64,000 bases of DNA. Source: Clostridia bacterium. Lineage in GTDB: Bacteria; Bacillota; Clostridia; UBA1212; DUPL01. Below are positions 8,955-19,409 of this stretch, piece by piece. Where the stretch lies: contig JBMNIW010000008.1 of NCBI GenBank assembly GCA_050951325.1, positions 288,001 through 352,000 of the forward strand, in the 5' to 3' direction. The stretch's first letter is position 1. Each line of letters begins with the position of its first letter. A program made the position numbers and the translations under genes. A model generated the notes under the pieces. The model was not told where the DNA came from and searched no databases. It was given only the letters and a program-made list of their open reading frames with translations.

Positions 8955-11300
8955 TTAGATATATTCTTCTATAAACCTTGACCTATTCTCTGAATTAAAC
9001 AGAAACGCAACTTTAACACGTGCTCTGGATACTGCCTGATGCCACAAACGTCTTTCAGAGGCAAAGGCATACAATTCAGGCTTTATGCCGAATAAACTCT
9101 TTACGTTCTCCCCCATCATTCTGTCCGGGAATCCCATATTGTACCTTCTGGCGTTGATGATGATGACGACGTCCGCACTTTCATCAAGATCGTATACGGT
9201 TTTAACGGGAATATCTGAAAGATTCATTTTGGAAGCCAAAACAATATCCTCCTTAAATCTTCCCACTAAAATTACAGAATATTCATTTGGGAGTGAATTT
9301 ATATAATTTTGTAAAGTGTTTTTCATAATCTCAATCTCATTTTCATCAAAAAGGGACTTTGTATCTTCCTTCTTGCATTCGTAAGACAAGAGCGTCACAC
9401 AATCGCGAGGACTTGCCATTTCACACCTTGCATACTTCCTCACCTGCATGGTGTTGCGTTCAACAAACCTTGCATTCATGCTCCACAATCTCTGTCCCTG
9501 GGAAAATACCCTTGTAAACTTAATGGACTCGGAGTGTCCAAAGAATCTCGAAAACTCCGTGAAATATGAAAAGTCGTAAGCACAAATACCACTCTTGGTC
9601 TGCCAGTCATTACCCGCAACAATTATACTTACCTTATCCATTACAATGTGCCATACATTCCTGAGCAAGTTCAGCATGTGTCTGTTCGTGTTGTGAAAAT
9701 CGTCAACAATAATATGTGTATAACCAAGAGACCTTCTCTGCAGCCTGATGGTCTCGGATGCCATCTGTACAATACCAAATGCATCCGTATTGTCACCGAT
9801 ATAGTTTAAATATGTTTCGTATACTGGCATAAGCAATGAAAACACACTTTCATTTCTCTTGTACCATCTGGTCTTTGTTTTCATGCTTTCTCTGTTCAAG
9901 AAAATGATTTCTTGCCATGTTTCAGAGTTGTCTCTGGCCAGCTGCAACAGCTCGCCAAGCACTACTGAAATTTCACGGATTAAAAACGGATTTCTCTCAA
10001 GAATGATTTTTAAAAGAGCATTCGCACTCATGGGAGCAAACACAGCCAAATGCTTCATGAGCTTTGTCTGCAAGTGGTCAACCAGAGTGGATTCCATAAG
10101 CTCGTAAGTAAACACATCCACCATCACAGTGTGGTTCTTTTCATGAATTTCTCTTATACGCTGCATCCTCTTTTTATATATCTCTGTAGGTGTCTCTGAA
10201 ACCAGGGACGTACCCGTGTCAAATCTGGCCTCACCTGCGGCATTTATTTCAAACACCTCAATATATATATCAAAGTCTGGCAGATAGAAAACTGGCTTGT
10301 ATGAAGTTCCATCATAATCCAGTTCTCTAACGCAATAGTCTTGCATGTACCTGTACCTTATATTGTTTCTGTACAGGAAGTCAGCTACAGCAAGATGCTC
10401 GTAATTCTTCATTCTGGTTCCGTCCAGTGCAATAGGAGGATATTCCTCCAGAAACTGCAAATAATCCTCATAATCATCAAAATCAAAAACAACACTACCT
10501 GCCTGCCTGAAGTTTAGGTAATAGTCTACAAACCTGGACTTGTACTCCTCTTCCTCCAACAACTTTTTAATTGTGCTTTCTGCAAATTCTTCATAGTCCA
10601 CATCAACAACATCAGGCACCTCTTTTCCATGGTCGGCAAGCACCTGAGCACTGTAGTCGATATATGTTTTGGCAATGGGCGAAATTCCCTCTTTTTCAAG
10701 CATCCGATTTACTTTATCAGCATTCTTTCCGCTATTGGTCAAAAACAATATATTATCCTCAGGCACATTTTTACCCTTTACCAGATACTTCACTTTACCA
10801 ACACAGGTATGTGTAAGTCCCGATGTACCTGCACCAATTAGTCTGAGCCTTTTTTCATCCACTACAACAGCTGTTTTTTGTTCCTTGTTAAGAATCACAC
10901 CATTTATATTAAATATGCTTTGATCTACAGAACCAATCATCTTGTCAACAACAGGCTTGTTATGTCTTTTTCTATACTTTTCAATCAATTTGAACATTCT
11001 GATTATCATGTTCAGATCATCTCTGAACACCCTGAGAATGTATTTGAAATCCTTGGACTGCAGAATTATGGACACTCTGTCATGAAGCTCCTCATGCCTG
11101 TCCTGCCAATCGAGCATTTCATTCAAGGAGACATATCTGTTCTTGTCTTCAAAGAGTTTCTGGAAATCCTTATAAGCTTTCAATGTATCGCTTTTCAGTG
11201 TTTTGAGTTCCTTTTTGAAAGCTATTCTTTCTTGCTTCCTTACCTTAAAATTCTCAATCATTCTTTTCATAACATCCAACTCCAAACAAGTATTCTCCAT
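8955..11300 (-). CDS. Helicase IV/UvrD-like protein with degenerate ATPase motifs
   Basis: LNKEQKTAV, GAGTSGLT (Walker A without Lys), IIVDDFHN, AGNDWQT, SERRLWHQAVSRAR; internal ADFLYRNNIRY..YKPVFYLPD segment typical of helicase IV. Confidence 0.75.
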   Translation of the reverse strand: MENTCLELDVMKRMIENFKVRKQERIAFKKELKTLKSDTLKAYKDFQKLFEDKNRYVSLNEMLDWQDRHEELHDRVSIILQSKDFKYILRVFRDDLNMIIRMFKLIEKYRKRHNKPVVDKMIGSVDQSIFNINGVILNKEQKTAVVVDEKRLRLIGAGTSGLTHTCVGKVKYLVKGKNVPEDNILFLTNSGKNADKVNRMLEKEGISPIAKTYIDYSAQVLADHGKEVPDVVDVDYEEFAESTIKKLLEEEEYKSRFVDYYLNFRQAGSVVFDFDDYEDYLQFLEEYPPIALDGTRMKNYEHLAVADFLYRNNIRYRYMQDYCVRELDYDGTSYKPVFYLPDFDIYIEVFEINAAGEARFDTGTSLVSETPTEIYKKRMQRIREIHEKNHTVMVDVFTYELMESTLVDHLQTKLMKHLAVFAPMSANALLKIILERNPFLIREISVVLGELLQLARDNSETWQEIIFLNRESMKTKTRWYKRNESVFSLLMPVYETYLNYIGDNTDAFGIVQMASETIRLQRRSLGYTHIIVDDFHNTNRHMLNLLRNVWHIVMDKVSIIVAGNDWQTKSGICAYDFSYFTEFSRFFGHSESIKFTRVFSQGQRLWSMNARFVERNTMQVRKYARCEMASPRDCVTLLSYECKKEDTKSLFDENEIEIMKNTLQNYINSLPNEYSVILVGRFKEDIVLASKMNLSDIPVKTVYDLDESADVVIIINARRYNMGFPDRMMGENVKSLFGIKPELYAFASERRLWHQAVSRARVKVAFLFNSENRSRFIEEYI

Positions 11301-11618
11301 TCAGCCCATCTGACTTTATCTTACCATATTATCAGTAAAGTTTCTATAAATAAATGGATGTGTATAGTATCTGGAATGCGATTGGTATATAAATATATGC
11401 AAGTATGGCAATTATGTGCTGCAAACAATACTACTATGACTTGAGTTTCCGTTTTTTCAGATTTTTAATCGAAAAAATCTAAGCAAAGTTTTTTGCCAGG
11501 CTCTATTGTTGAGCCGCCTTCGGTTTCGCTTTAAAACAAGCATGCAAAGTAAGCCTAGTTAGCTAGGCTTCTTAAAAAAATATATCTTCCTACTCTTCTA
11601 CTTCTACTTCTGCTGCTT

Positions 11619-11980
11619 CTATGTTATGGGCACCAACATCAGTTGCTGAAACCGAGGTCGCCGTTCAATCCTTTGCCACTCTTTAATACCTGTCCGTGCA
11701 TAGTCTAGTGTATTTTTAATGCCTTGAGCCATTTGGTAATAGTAAAACAAAATGTCCGTTCGCAATCCTCTTGCATTCTCTATCATTTTATTAGCTAAGT
11801 TGTTTTTCTTGTGCTTCTCCTGCATTAGACCAATAAAACCAATAGCATATGTAAGCATTTTATTTAGATTATTGATTGATTTCAAGCTTCGAACTCTAAA
11901 ATCCTCAAAATTGTATTGAGTCTTTTTAAATCTAAAGTATTCTTCAATACGCCATCTAGACATATATAACCTAAGTATAC
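11619..11980 (-). pseudogene. IS4-like transposase, C-terminal part
   Basis: ILRLYMSRWRIEEYFRFKK (YREK-type motif); continues the 20161-21058 fragment. Confidence 0.9.
11974..11980 (+). repeat. Left junction direct repeat AGTATAC
   Basis: Identical to 20161-20167; 9/10 match CTAAGTATAC vs CTTAGTATAC. Confidence 0.85.
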
Positions 11981-12587
11981 CTTTAACTCCCGTGTTATTA
12001 AAAATGGTATCGATACTGAAAATATATTTAAACCTATTAAGTTTGATTATTTAAAAGAAAAATATAATTTAAAGGATGAAAAGATTTTACTCCACGTAAC
12101 TGCGGATTTTGATGATAAAGTTAAAGGGAGTAAGTACTTTATTGAACTTGCAAATAGGCTTGAAAATGAGAATATAAAGATTTTATTAGTCGGCAAAAAT
12201 GTTTGTAAAGAAAATCTCCCTAAGAATGTAATTGCAGTAGGAGGTATATATGACCAAAAAGAACTTGCTGCATATTATTCCATGGCTGATTTGTTTGTAA
12301 TTACAAGTATTAGAGAGACGTACCCAACAGTTTGTATTGAAGCTATTTCATGTGGAACACCTGTAATTGGATTTGATACTGGAGGAGTAAAAGAGACTAT
12401 ACCAGAGGGTATGGGTAGAGCTGTAGAAGCCTATAGCGTAGACGAGCTTTATTATGCTGTTCTTGAGTTTATTGGTAAGAAAGACAGTGTTTGCAAGGAA
12501 GTTATTAATAAAGCAAGGCATCAGAATAGTAAGGCTAGAATGATTAATGATTATATAGATGTATATATAGAGTTATATGAAAAGTAG
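11981..12587 (+). pseudogene. 5'-truncated GT4-type glycosyltransferase
   Basis: Open frame from junction FNSRVIKNGIDT..LAAYYSMADLFVITSIRETYPTVCIEAISCGTPVIGFDTGG; N-terminal half missing. Confidence 0.85.
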
Positions 12588-12614
12588 GACAATAATATAA
12601 AAGAGGTAAAGATA

Positions 12615-15068
12615 ATGAAAAGTATTAGAAAGTACATAAGTTTAATTCTTCTTATATTTGTTTTTTGTACCGTGGTAGATGTAAATAACTTACCTTATTT
12701 ACATGCAGAAGAAGTCGTAGTTAATTTATATGACTTAAATAACAGCGTAGAAACCTTTGATTTAGATCTAGAATCTACATATGCTATTTTATTTAATGCG
12801 GGTATACCAATAAAAGAAGTACAACTTTATATCGACAATGCACCTGTTAATCGAAGCAAACTAGAAATGGATTTATATAGCTTTGATACCAGCTACGGTA
12901 ATACGATCCGTAAGGAAGCTATTGTTTCTAAAACCTTTGAAAGGTTTGGCAGAGATACATGGCTTTCCTTTGAAATTGGAAATATAAATGCAGGAGAATA
13001 CTTGCTCGTTATAACTCCGAAACAAGGGAATATAAAGGTAAAAGTTAGCGAGGGCAAGCTTGATACAGTAAGAATGTACGAAAATACATCAAGTTTAAAT
13101 ATGAACTTTTTCTGCAGATTAGTACTTGAAAAAGGGGATGGTAATAGTTTGGAGAAAGTATCTGATTTTAAAAATAAATTTATTGCATTGCCAGATACTT
13201 GGGCATGCACCGATGGATTGAATAGAACTCTTCCTTTACAAAAAGATGTGGGTAAAAAAAGAGAAGATAAATATGTAGGGGTTTTCTTTCACACATGGCA
13301 TTCAAGATTTTCAGCACATAGCTTTGCGGACATATCCCAAATATTAAAACAAAATCCAAATGAGAAAAATTCCTCAAATATAAATTGGGGAGATAAGTTC
13401 TCATATTTTTGGAGCGAACCTATTTGGGGTTATTACGATACTAGAGATAAATGGGTACTAAGAAAGCAAGCTGAGATGCTAGCCGATGCAGGCGTTGATG
13501 TAATTATTATGGATAACACAAATGGAACTGATATATTTAAAGAAGGACTCCTTTCGCTACTGCAGGTTTTTTCAGAAGCAAGAGCAGATGGTGTAAAAAC
13601 ACCTCAAGTGTCCTTTATGTTACCTATGTTTGGTCCTTATGAAGATACAGCAAATCAACTAAGACAGCTTTATGATTTGATTTACTCAAAAGGAAGATAT
13701 GAGGATTTATGGTTTTACTGGAAGGGTAAACCTTTAATGATGGGTTGTCCTGATGCATTAAGAGAAAGCAATCCTATTGATAAAGCTATTTTAGACTTTT
13801 TTACTTTTAGGCCAGCTAATCCATCCTATAGGGAAGACTACGCCCAAATTTTTGATGAGCAGGGAAATGTACACGTATATATTCGTCCGCCGGAAGGTCA
13901 TATTACATGGCAATGGATAACTGTAATGCCTCAGCAGGTGGCCTATAATACAGATGGAACACCAGAACAAGTCTGTGTATCTGTAGCCCAGAACTGGAGT
14001 AATGAACAAGGCCTTGCCCCTATGAGCTTTAATGAACCTGAAAAGCTTTTTGGAAGATCCTATTCCCACTCCCAAAAAGGCCATGACAAGAGGGATAACG
14101 CCCCTTTGTATGGGAAGAACTTTGAAGAACAATGGGAATTTGCTCTGAAGGTGGACCCGGAGTTCATTTTCATAACTGGATGGAATGAATGGCGAGCTGG
14201 GCTAAATAATGAGATATGGGGAACTAAAAATGCCTTTGCTGATACCTTTGATGATAATAACAGTAGAGATATTGAACCGTCAAAAGGTGATTTAAAAGAT
14301 CACTACTATTATCAGATGGTATCTTACATACGTAAGTTTAAAGGAGCATCCGATGTGCCAAAAGCATCAAAACCTGTAACTATAGATATACATTCAAGTA
14401 CTGATCAATGGAAGGATATTAGTCCGTACTTTGCGTCTTATCAAGGTAACAATTTGGATAGGTACTATAGGGGCTATGGTGGTTTAAATTATAAACAGGA
14501 AGGCAATAAGAATGATATTGTTGGTGCAAAAGTTGCAAGAGACGATGAATTTATTTACTTTATGGTAGATACAAGGGAAGACATACATATAGGTGATAAC
14601 TTTATGCGGCTTTTAATTGATGTGGAAGATACAAAACATAAAGAAGCAGCTAACTGGGAGACTTTTGAGTATATTGTAAATAGGGTTGCACCAGGGGATA
14701 AAGCAATTGTGGAACGCTCGGTAGGAGGATGGAACTGGGAGAAGGTAGGAGAGGTTGATTATTCTATTAATGGTAATCGCCTTCAACTTAAAGTACCAAA
14801 GGCAATGCTAGGAATTGATAGAGATGAGTTCACAATCAACTTTAAATGGTCTGATAACATGAAAGATGAAGGTGACATAATGGATTTTTATGTTAATGGA
14901 AATGTTGCTCCCGGTGGTAGATTTAAGTATAGATATTCCACTGCTACTGAGGATGCAAATCCTGTTTCTACATTTGTTAAGTACATAGTTCCTGTTTTAG
15001 TATTTGTTATTGTAGCTTCTTTTGGTTTAGCTATATTATTTAAAAAGAATAGAAAGAGAAAAGGTTAA
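12615..15068 (+). CDS. Secreted, anchored GH71/GH99-like glycoside hydrolase (homolog of 5130-7844)
   Basis: WSEPIWGYY, RKQAEMLADAGVD, ITGWNEW, SRDIEP, DHYYYQ; signal peptide and C-terminal TM. Confidence 0.65.
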   Translation: MKSIRKYISLILLIFVFCTVVDVNNLPYLHAEEVVVNLYDLNNSVETFDLDLESTYAILFNAGIPIKEVQLYIDNAPVNRSKLEMDLYSFDTSYGNTIRKEAIVSKTFERFGRDTWLSFEIGNINAGEYLLVITPKQGNIKVKVSEGKLDTVRMYENTSSLNMNFFCRLVLEKGDGNSLEKVSDFKNKFIALPDTWACTDGLNRTLPLQKDVGKKREDKYVGVFFHTWHSRFSAHSFADISQILKQNPNEKNSSNINWGDKFSYFWSEPIWGYYDTRDKWVLRKQAEMLADAGVDVIIMDNTNGTDIFKEGLLSLLQVFSEARADGVKTPQVSFMLPMFGPYEDTANQLRQLYDLIYSKGRYEDLWFYWKGKPLMMGCPDALRESNPIDKAILDFFTFRPANPSYREDYAQIFDEQGNVHVYIRPPEGHITWQWITVMPQQVAYNTDGTPEQVCVSVAQNWSNEQGLAPMSFNEPEKLFGRSYSHSQKGHDKRDNAPLYGKNFEEQWEFALKVDPEFIFITGWNEWRAGLNNEIWGTKNAFADTFDDNNSRDIEPSKGDLKDHYYYQMVSYIRKFKGASDVPKASKPVTIDIHSSTDQWKDISPYFASYQGNNLDRYYRGYGGLNYKQEGNKNDIVGAKVARDDEFIYFMVDTREDIHIGDNFMRLLIDVEDTKHKEAANWETFEYIVNRVAPGDKAIVERSVGGWNWEKVGEVDYSINGNRLQLKVPKAMLGIDRDEFTINFKWSDNMKDEGDIMDFYVNGNVAPGGRFKYRYSTATEDANPVSTFVKYIVPVLVFVIVASFGLAILFKKNRKRKG

Positions 15069-15189
15069 TTAAAAAGATATGTAAATAAGTTTAGGGTAAT
15101 ATTTAAAACTAACTGAATAATTAATAACAGTGTAGGTTGTGCCTTAGAGTGACACATTTCTCATAAAGTGGGATCTTGCAGCGTTATCA

Positions 15190-15300
15190 TGAAGATCCTC
15201 GTAAAAACACTTTGCTTATAGTATTCTTGAGCCTTCTGAACTAAATGTCAATGAGGCCTATTTTCAATAAACCAGTGTTCTCTAATAGCGTTTTTTTGCA
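15190..15300 (-). pseudogene. Possible ISAs1-family transposase relic
   Basis: Manual translation NAIREHWFIENRPH*HL resembles the ISAs1 R.HW.IEN.LHW motif. Confidence 0.45.
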
Positions 15301-15339
15301 GGAACAATCGAGCAGTTAGGTGTTAACAGTAAAAAAAGG

Positions 15340-15377
15340 AAGAGTTATGCAACTTGTCATATTTGCATAACTCTTCT
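15340..15377. terminator. Intrinsic terminator hairpin
   Basis: AAGAGTTATGCAA...TTGCATAACTCTT between convergent genes. Confidence 0.7.
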
Positions 15378-15394
15378 TACTAATTTAAATTCTT

Positions 15395-17623
15395 TTATTT
15401 AACTCTAAAAAGCTTACTCCCATTTCCTTCTACTGTTATTAACATATCATTATTCAGAATCTCCAACTCTTTTTTTGTCAAAAGATCCTCAACTGTATTA
15501 TTGTTTAAGTTATCAAAACTAAGATTACACGACACAATATTGTCAGAAACATTAAGCACAAGCAAATAGCAATTACCATCTATAGCTTCTACACCTAAAG
15601 TCCGGATCTTGTCATTGTCAGAGTAAACTACAAAGGGGTTTATTTTGCTTGTTGTTTTATAATCAATACTCGCCATTACAACAATACCAAAGTCAAATAC
15701 TTTTTCTTCTTTATCAAACCATTGTGGTTTTAAATCAAAAGAAGTACATAACTCATCACATAGCAAATATCCTCTTTCTTTATAAAAACTATGTCTTAAG
15801 CCAACTTTTCTATAATTTGGGTGATAGAGCTTTAAATCCTCTCCATATCCTAAAACTATCCCTAACTTATTGTCTACATTAACCCATCTGCCTACAGAAC
15901 TAAGACTTTCCTCTACTCCTTCATGTTCAAACTTTAAAACGCCATCTTTATAATAATATTCACGTTTAAAATCATTAAAAACATCATTAGGTATATTTAG
16001 ATGAAACCCTTTTACTGCATTCAAATGACAACGCCTAAGTGTATATGCATATTGCAGTGTCATAGTAGTATGTCCATCCGGTAAAGCAGCAAACGCAATT
16101 TTATTTGCTACATTAGTATTCCTATCATCTTGCTCTTCTAATAACTGACTTGTTATTGTATGGTAAACACCACTTGTTACAAATCCTCCATTAAAACTTT
16201 CATTATTAAACGAGACAATTTGATTGGTATTAACTAATCCTCCACCTTCAACTCTACTTGTCATGTTGTATTGCCATTCTGCAAGAGAACTATCGTTTGT
16301 TGGAAGACAATGCCCCTGTGGACCCTCTGCACTTCTCCAAACAAAAGAAGCATATCGATTTTCGTCTTTAACAAACTCTGCTCCATGGTACTCATCAGAC
16401 CACGCACTTAACTCCTTTTTGTATTCCTCATTAATGTCATAATCACTTGTACCATATCGCTTTTCTATTTCATTATACTCTCTTCTCCAATATGCACCTG
16501 ATGAAATAGTACAAGCTCTATCTGACTCAAGGCGTGTAAAATAAAGAGGAGATTTCTCTACTAGAAGCTCACAACGTTTTGATAAAAAAGTATTATCATC
16601 ATTGTAATCCATCTCCTTCTTAACAATTTCAAGCCATCTCTTTTCTAGTTCATCGCAATCTTCATTAAGACAGTCTTTCACTAATAGCAAAACAGGTACT
16701 AAGTAATCTTGACAATAGCAATATCTAACTCTAGTATCACCACCAATTCTAAACAACCTACCATCTTCATATATAAACGCTCTAACAAGTCTCCATAAAT
16801 ATTCCATATTATGATATAAAGAAGCAGGAGCCATTTGTCTATATTTGCGGTATGTAAAGTGCAACATCGCAATATTAGATAATGTTATAATCATATAGCC
16901 CACATTGAGATAACCATGATGATTAAGTGAATAACTCTCAAAAAAATTTGCACCCGAATGCCAATCTTTTAAAGGCTTCCCGAAATATATTTGATTGCTA
17001 TCTTTATCAGAAGGAATTGATATTGCATTTAGCAAGAAACGATTTCCCTTCTCCTTATACTTTTCTACATTAGGTGCATCAGGATACATAAGTGCTGCAC
17101 GAAGCAAAGTTGCACCATTCCACATATTGCTTTCAGGTTCATTAGGGTGAATCTCATTTGCATTAACCGGCTTATTTATTAACAGCCAATCAGCTTCTGA
17201 TAAAATAACCTTCCTAAGCAACTCTTTGTCATCATTCGTTAGATAATCAAAGATTGCTTCTACACCATGCATCATTCTCTCTATACCTAAAGCACTAATC
17301 CAAGTGTGCCCCCACTTAACATTCTCTCCATCAGTGCAATGATAACTACCTTCTTTATGAGATTCTAAGTTGTAGCGTAGTAGCATAATACTTATTTCAA
17401 GTAATTCTTCTTTTGATATTCCCATCCTACGAGAATCGGCATAGGGATCTGTAGCTAATACTGCAAGTGCAGAAAACCCTTTTTGATGAGTCTGCACACC
17501 CCAACCATTTGTTCCAGTCCCATAAAATTTAAGAGTAGATCTGTCTTTTACAGAATGTATATCATTAATAGCAGATTTTACCCATCTTTCAAGAACTCTT
17601 ATATAATCTTTGTGTGAAACCAT
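15395..17623 (-). CDS. Hypothetical 742-aa protein, possibly polysaccharide-lyase-like
   Basis: Intact ORF with AGGAGG RBS; helical N-terminal half (PESNMWNG, NHHGYLNVGY) then beta-rich half; function is inference. Confidence 0.55.
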   Translation of the reverse strand: MVSHKDYIRVLERWVKSAINDIHSVKDRSTLKFYGTGTNGWGVQTHQKGFSALAVLATDPYADSRRMGISKEELLEISIMLLRYNLESHKEGSYHCTDGENVKWGHTWISALGIERMMHGVEAIFDYLTNDDKELLRKVILSEADWLLINKPVNANEIHPNEPESNMWNGATLLRAALMYPDAPNVEKYKEKGNRFLLNAISIPSDKDSNQIYFGKPLKDWHSGANFFESYSLNHHGYLNVGYMIITLSNIAMLHFTYRKYRQMAPASLYHNMEYLWRLVRAFIYEDGRLFRIGGDTRVRYCYCQDYLVPVLLLVKDCLNEDCDELEKRWLEIVKKEMDYNDDNTFLSKRCELLVEKSPLYFTRLESDRACTISSGAYWRREYNEIEKRYGTSDYDINEEYKKELSAWSDEYHGAEFVKDENRYASFVWRSAEGPQGHCLPTNDSSLAEWQYNMTSRVEGGGLVNTNQIVSFNNESFNGGFVTSGVYHTITSQLLEEQDDRNTNVANKIAFAALPDGHTTMTLQYAYTLRRCHLNAVKGFHLNIPNDVFNDFKREYYYKDGVLKFEHEGVEESLSSVGRWVNVDNKLGIVLGYGEDLKLYHPNYRKVGLRHSFYKERGYLLCDELCTSFDLKPQWFDKEEKVFDFGIVVMASIDYKTTSKINPFVVYSDNDKIRTLGVEAIDGNCYLLVLNVSDNIVSCNLSFDNLNNNTVEDLLTKKELEILNNDMLITVEGNGSKLFRVK

Positions 17624-17849
17624 AAATAACTTCCTCCTAAATGACTACAATATCGCCTTTATTATACATCGTAAAACGTTATTAATATATGTATAATTCA
17701 CTAAAAAATATAAAGTTCTAATTATTCTAGATACCTAAGCTCTTTATTTGGGGTAGATATATTTGAAACTCCCATACTTAGAACGTTTCTTTCTGGAAAT
17801 TACGGTATAATTAATTGTTATGATTTTTTGATTTATGCCAGCTTGCATA

Positions 17850-18000
17850 TATACATTACATACTCTCTAATACGATGATATGGTACAGTTGGGGGTATGC
17901 CTCTTTCACACCAGCATGCAGAAGGTTCTGAGACTCGAGCAAAACTAGCGTCATCCATAAACATTAATCGAACAATTCCCTTATATGTGTTTTTTGGTAG
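17850..18000 (-). pseudogene. IS630-family transposase relic
   Basis: VRLMFMDDASFARVSEPSACWCERGIPPTVPYHRIREY resembles IS630 VRLMFQDEAGFGRI..CW..G.RP.VP..IREY. Confidence 0.65.
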
Positions 18001-18488
18001 CCTAGCTGCTGGAATAGTTGTGCCTATAAAAATCGGTAATGAAAATTTGTGAGAAATTAGATTACGATCCAAATACTTCATCTCCAATATGACTGAGACT
18101 AACTCTTGTTTTAATCGTAAATACATGGGTAGATCTATGTCATAAAAGCAGATTTTACATGAATAATACATTATCCTTACATCACTTATATAATCATGTG
18201 CAATAATATCAAAAGTACTCAGATAAAAGAGTGCTACTAAGATTACTTTTAGATCTACTAGGAAAACCCTCTATTGTATTCACCGGTAGATGTAACTGCC
18301 CATAGCACAGCAAAATATGCAAGTCTAAATTTTAGCTTAAATCTGTCATCAAGTTTACTTAATTCCCTACATAAATGGATTTATTTCCATTGTTTGATGA
18401 AAGATACATAGAATGGGAACAGGAATGATTCATTCGGATCCTTAATCATTTTGAATTAGCAATGCATTATATTATAGGAGTGAATTAA

Positions 18489-19409
18489 TTGGAATATATT
18501 ATTGAAGTGAAAAAACTAACAAAAAGCTTTTCAAAAAAGACCGTTGTCGATTGTATTTCTTTTTTTGTTGAAAAAGGAAGTCTATTTGCATTTCTTGGGC
18601 AAAATGGTGCAGGAAAAACAACCACTATCAACATGATTATAGGACTGCTTAGTCAAGAAGAAGGAGAGATTCTCTATCAAGGTAGTTCTGATTTTAAAAG
18701 ATTCAAAAATAAAATTGGCGTTGTATTCCAGAACAATATATTAGATGATTTTCTTTCAGTAGAAGAAAATTTACTCACCTATAGCGCATTGTATCACAAC
18801 ACAAAAAGTCTTGCTCAAGAGCATTACGCCCGTGTGATTAATTTATTATCTCTTGATGAGGTCTGCAAACAACAGTTTCGAACTTTATCCGGGGGACAAA
18901 AACGAAAAGCAGAAATTGCCAGAGCCCTTTTGACAGCACCGGAAATTCTATTCTTAGACGAACCTACTACCGGACTTGATCCTAAGACTCGAGCAGACGT
19001 GTGGGCTGTTATTGACAATCTGAAGAATGTTGATGGAATGACCATCTTCCTCACCACCCACTATATGGAGGAAACTGCCTTAGCAGACAAGGTCGCTATA
19101 ATAAACAAAGGTAAAATTGTTGTAACAGGAAGCCCTTTAGAACTGAAAACTGAATATTCATCCGATAAGCTAATAATTACACCCTATGATGCAAAAACAC
19201 TAGAGAGCTATTTGACAAAGAATGAACTTTCTTATCAAAGGAACAGTAGCACCTATACATTAGAAATTTCAAACGTATCTCACTCTATTGATCTTTTGCA
19301 CAGCATGAAAGAAAACATTCGATTTTATGAAGTTACTAAAGGATCCATGGACGACGTTTTTCTAAATGTCGTAGGAGAAAAACTTTACACAAACGGAGGA
19401 ATCTCATGA
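18489..19409 (+). CDS. ABC-2 type transporter ATP-binding protein
   Basis: GQNGAGKT, LSGGQKRK, FLDEPTTGLD; TTG start after AGGAG. Confidence 0.9.
   Translation: MEYIIEVKKLTKSFSKKTVVDCISFFVEKGSLFAFLGQNGAGKTTTINMIIGLLSQEEGEILYQGSSDFKRFKNKIGVVFQNNILDDFLSVEENLLTYSALYHNTKSLAQEHYARVINLLSLDEVCKQQFRTLSGGQKRKAEIARALLTAPEILFLDEPTTGLDPKTRADVWAVIDNLKNVDGMTIFLTTHYMEETALADKVAIINKGKIVVTGSPLELKTEYSSDKLIITPYDAKTLESYLTKNELSYQRNSSTYTLEISNVSHSIDLLHSMKENIRFYEVTKGSMDDVFLNVVGEKLYTNGGIS

Noticed and set aside
11586-11620. CTTCTA-type microrepeat after the transposase stop
   Set aside because: Only 3-4 imperfect units; low-complexity, not an array
11960-11995. Junction as a dif/Xer or other tyrosine-recombinase site
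   Set aside because: No resemblance to Firmicute dif and no inverted binding arms around the core that I can see
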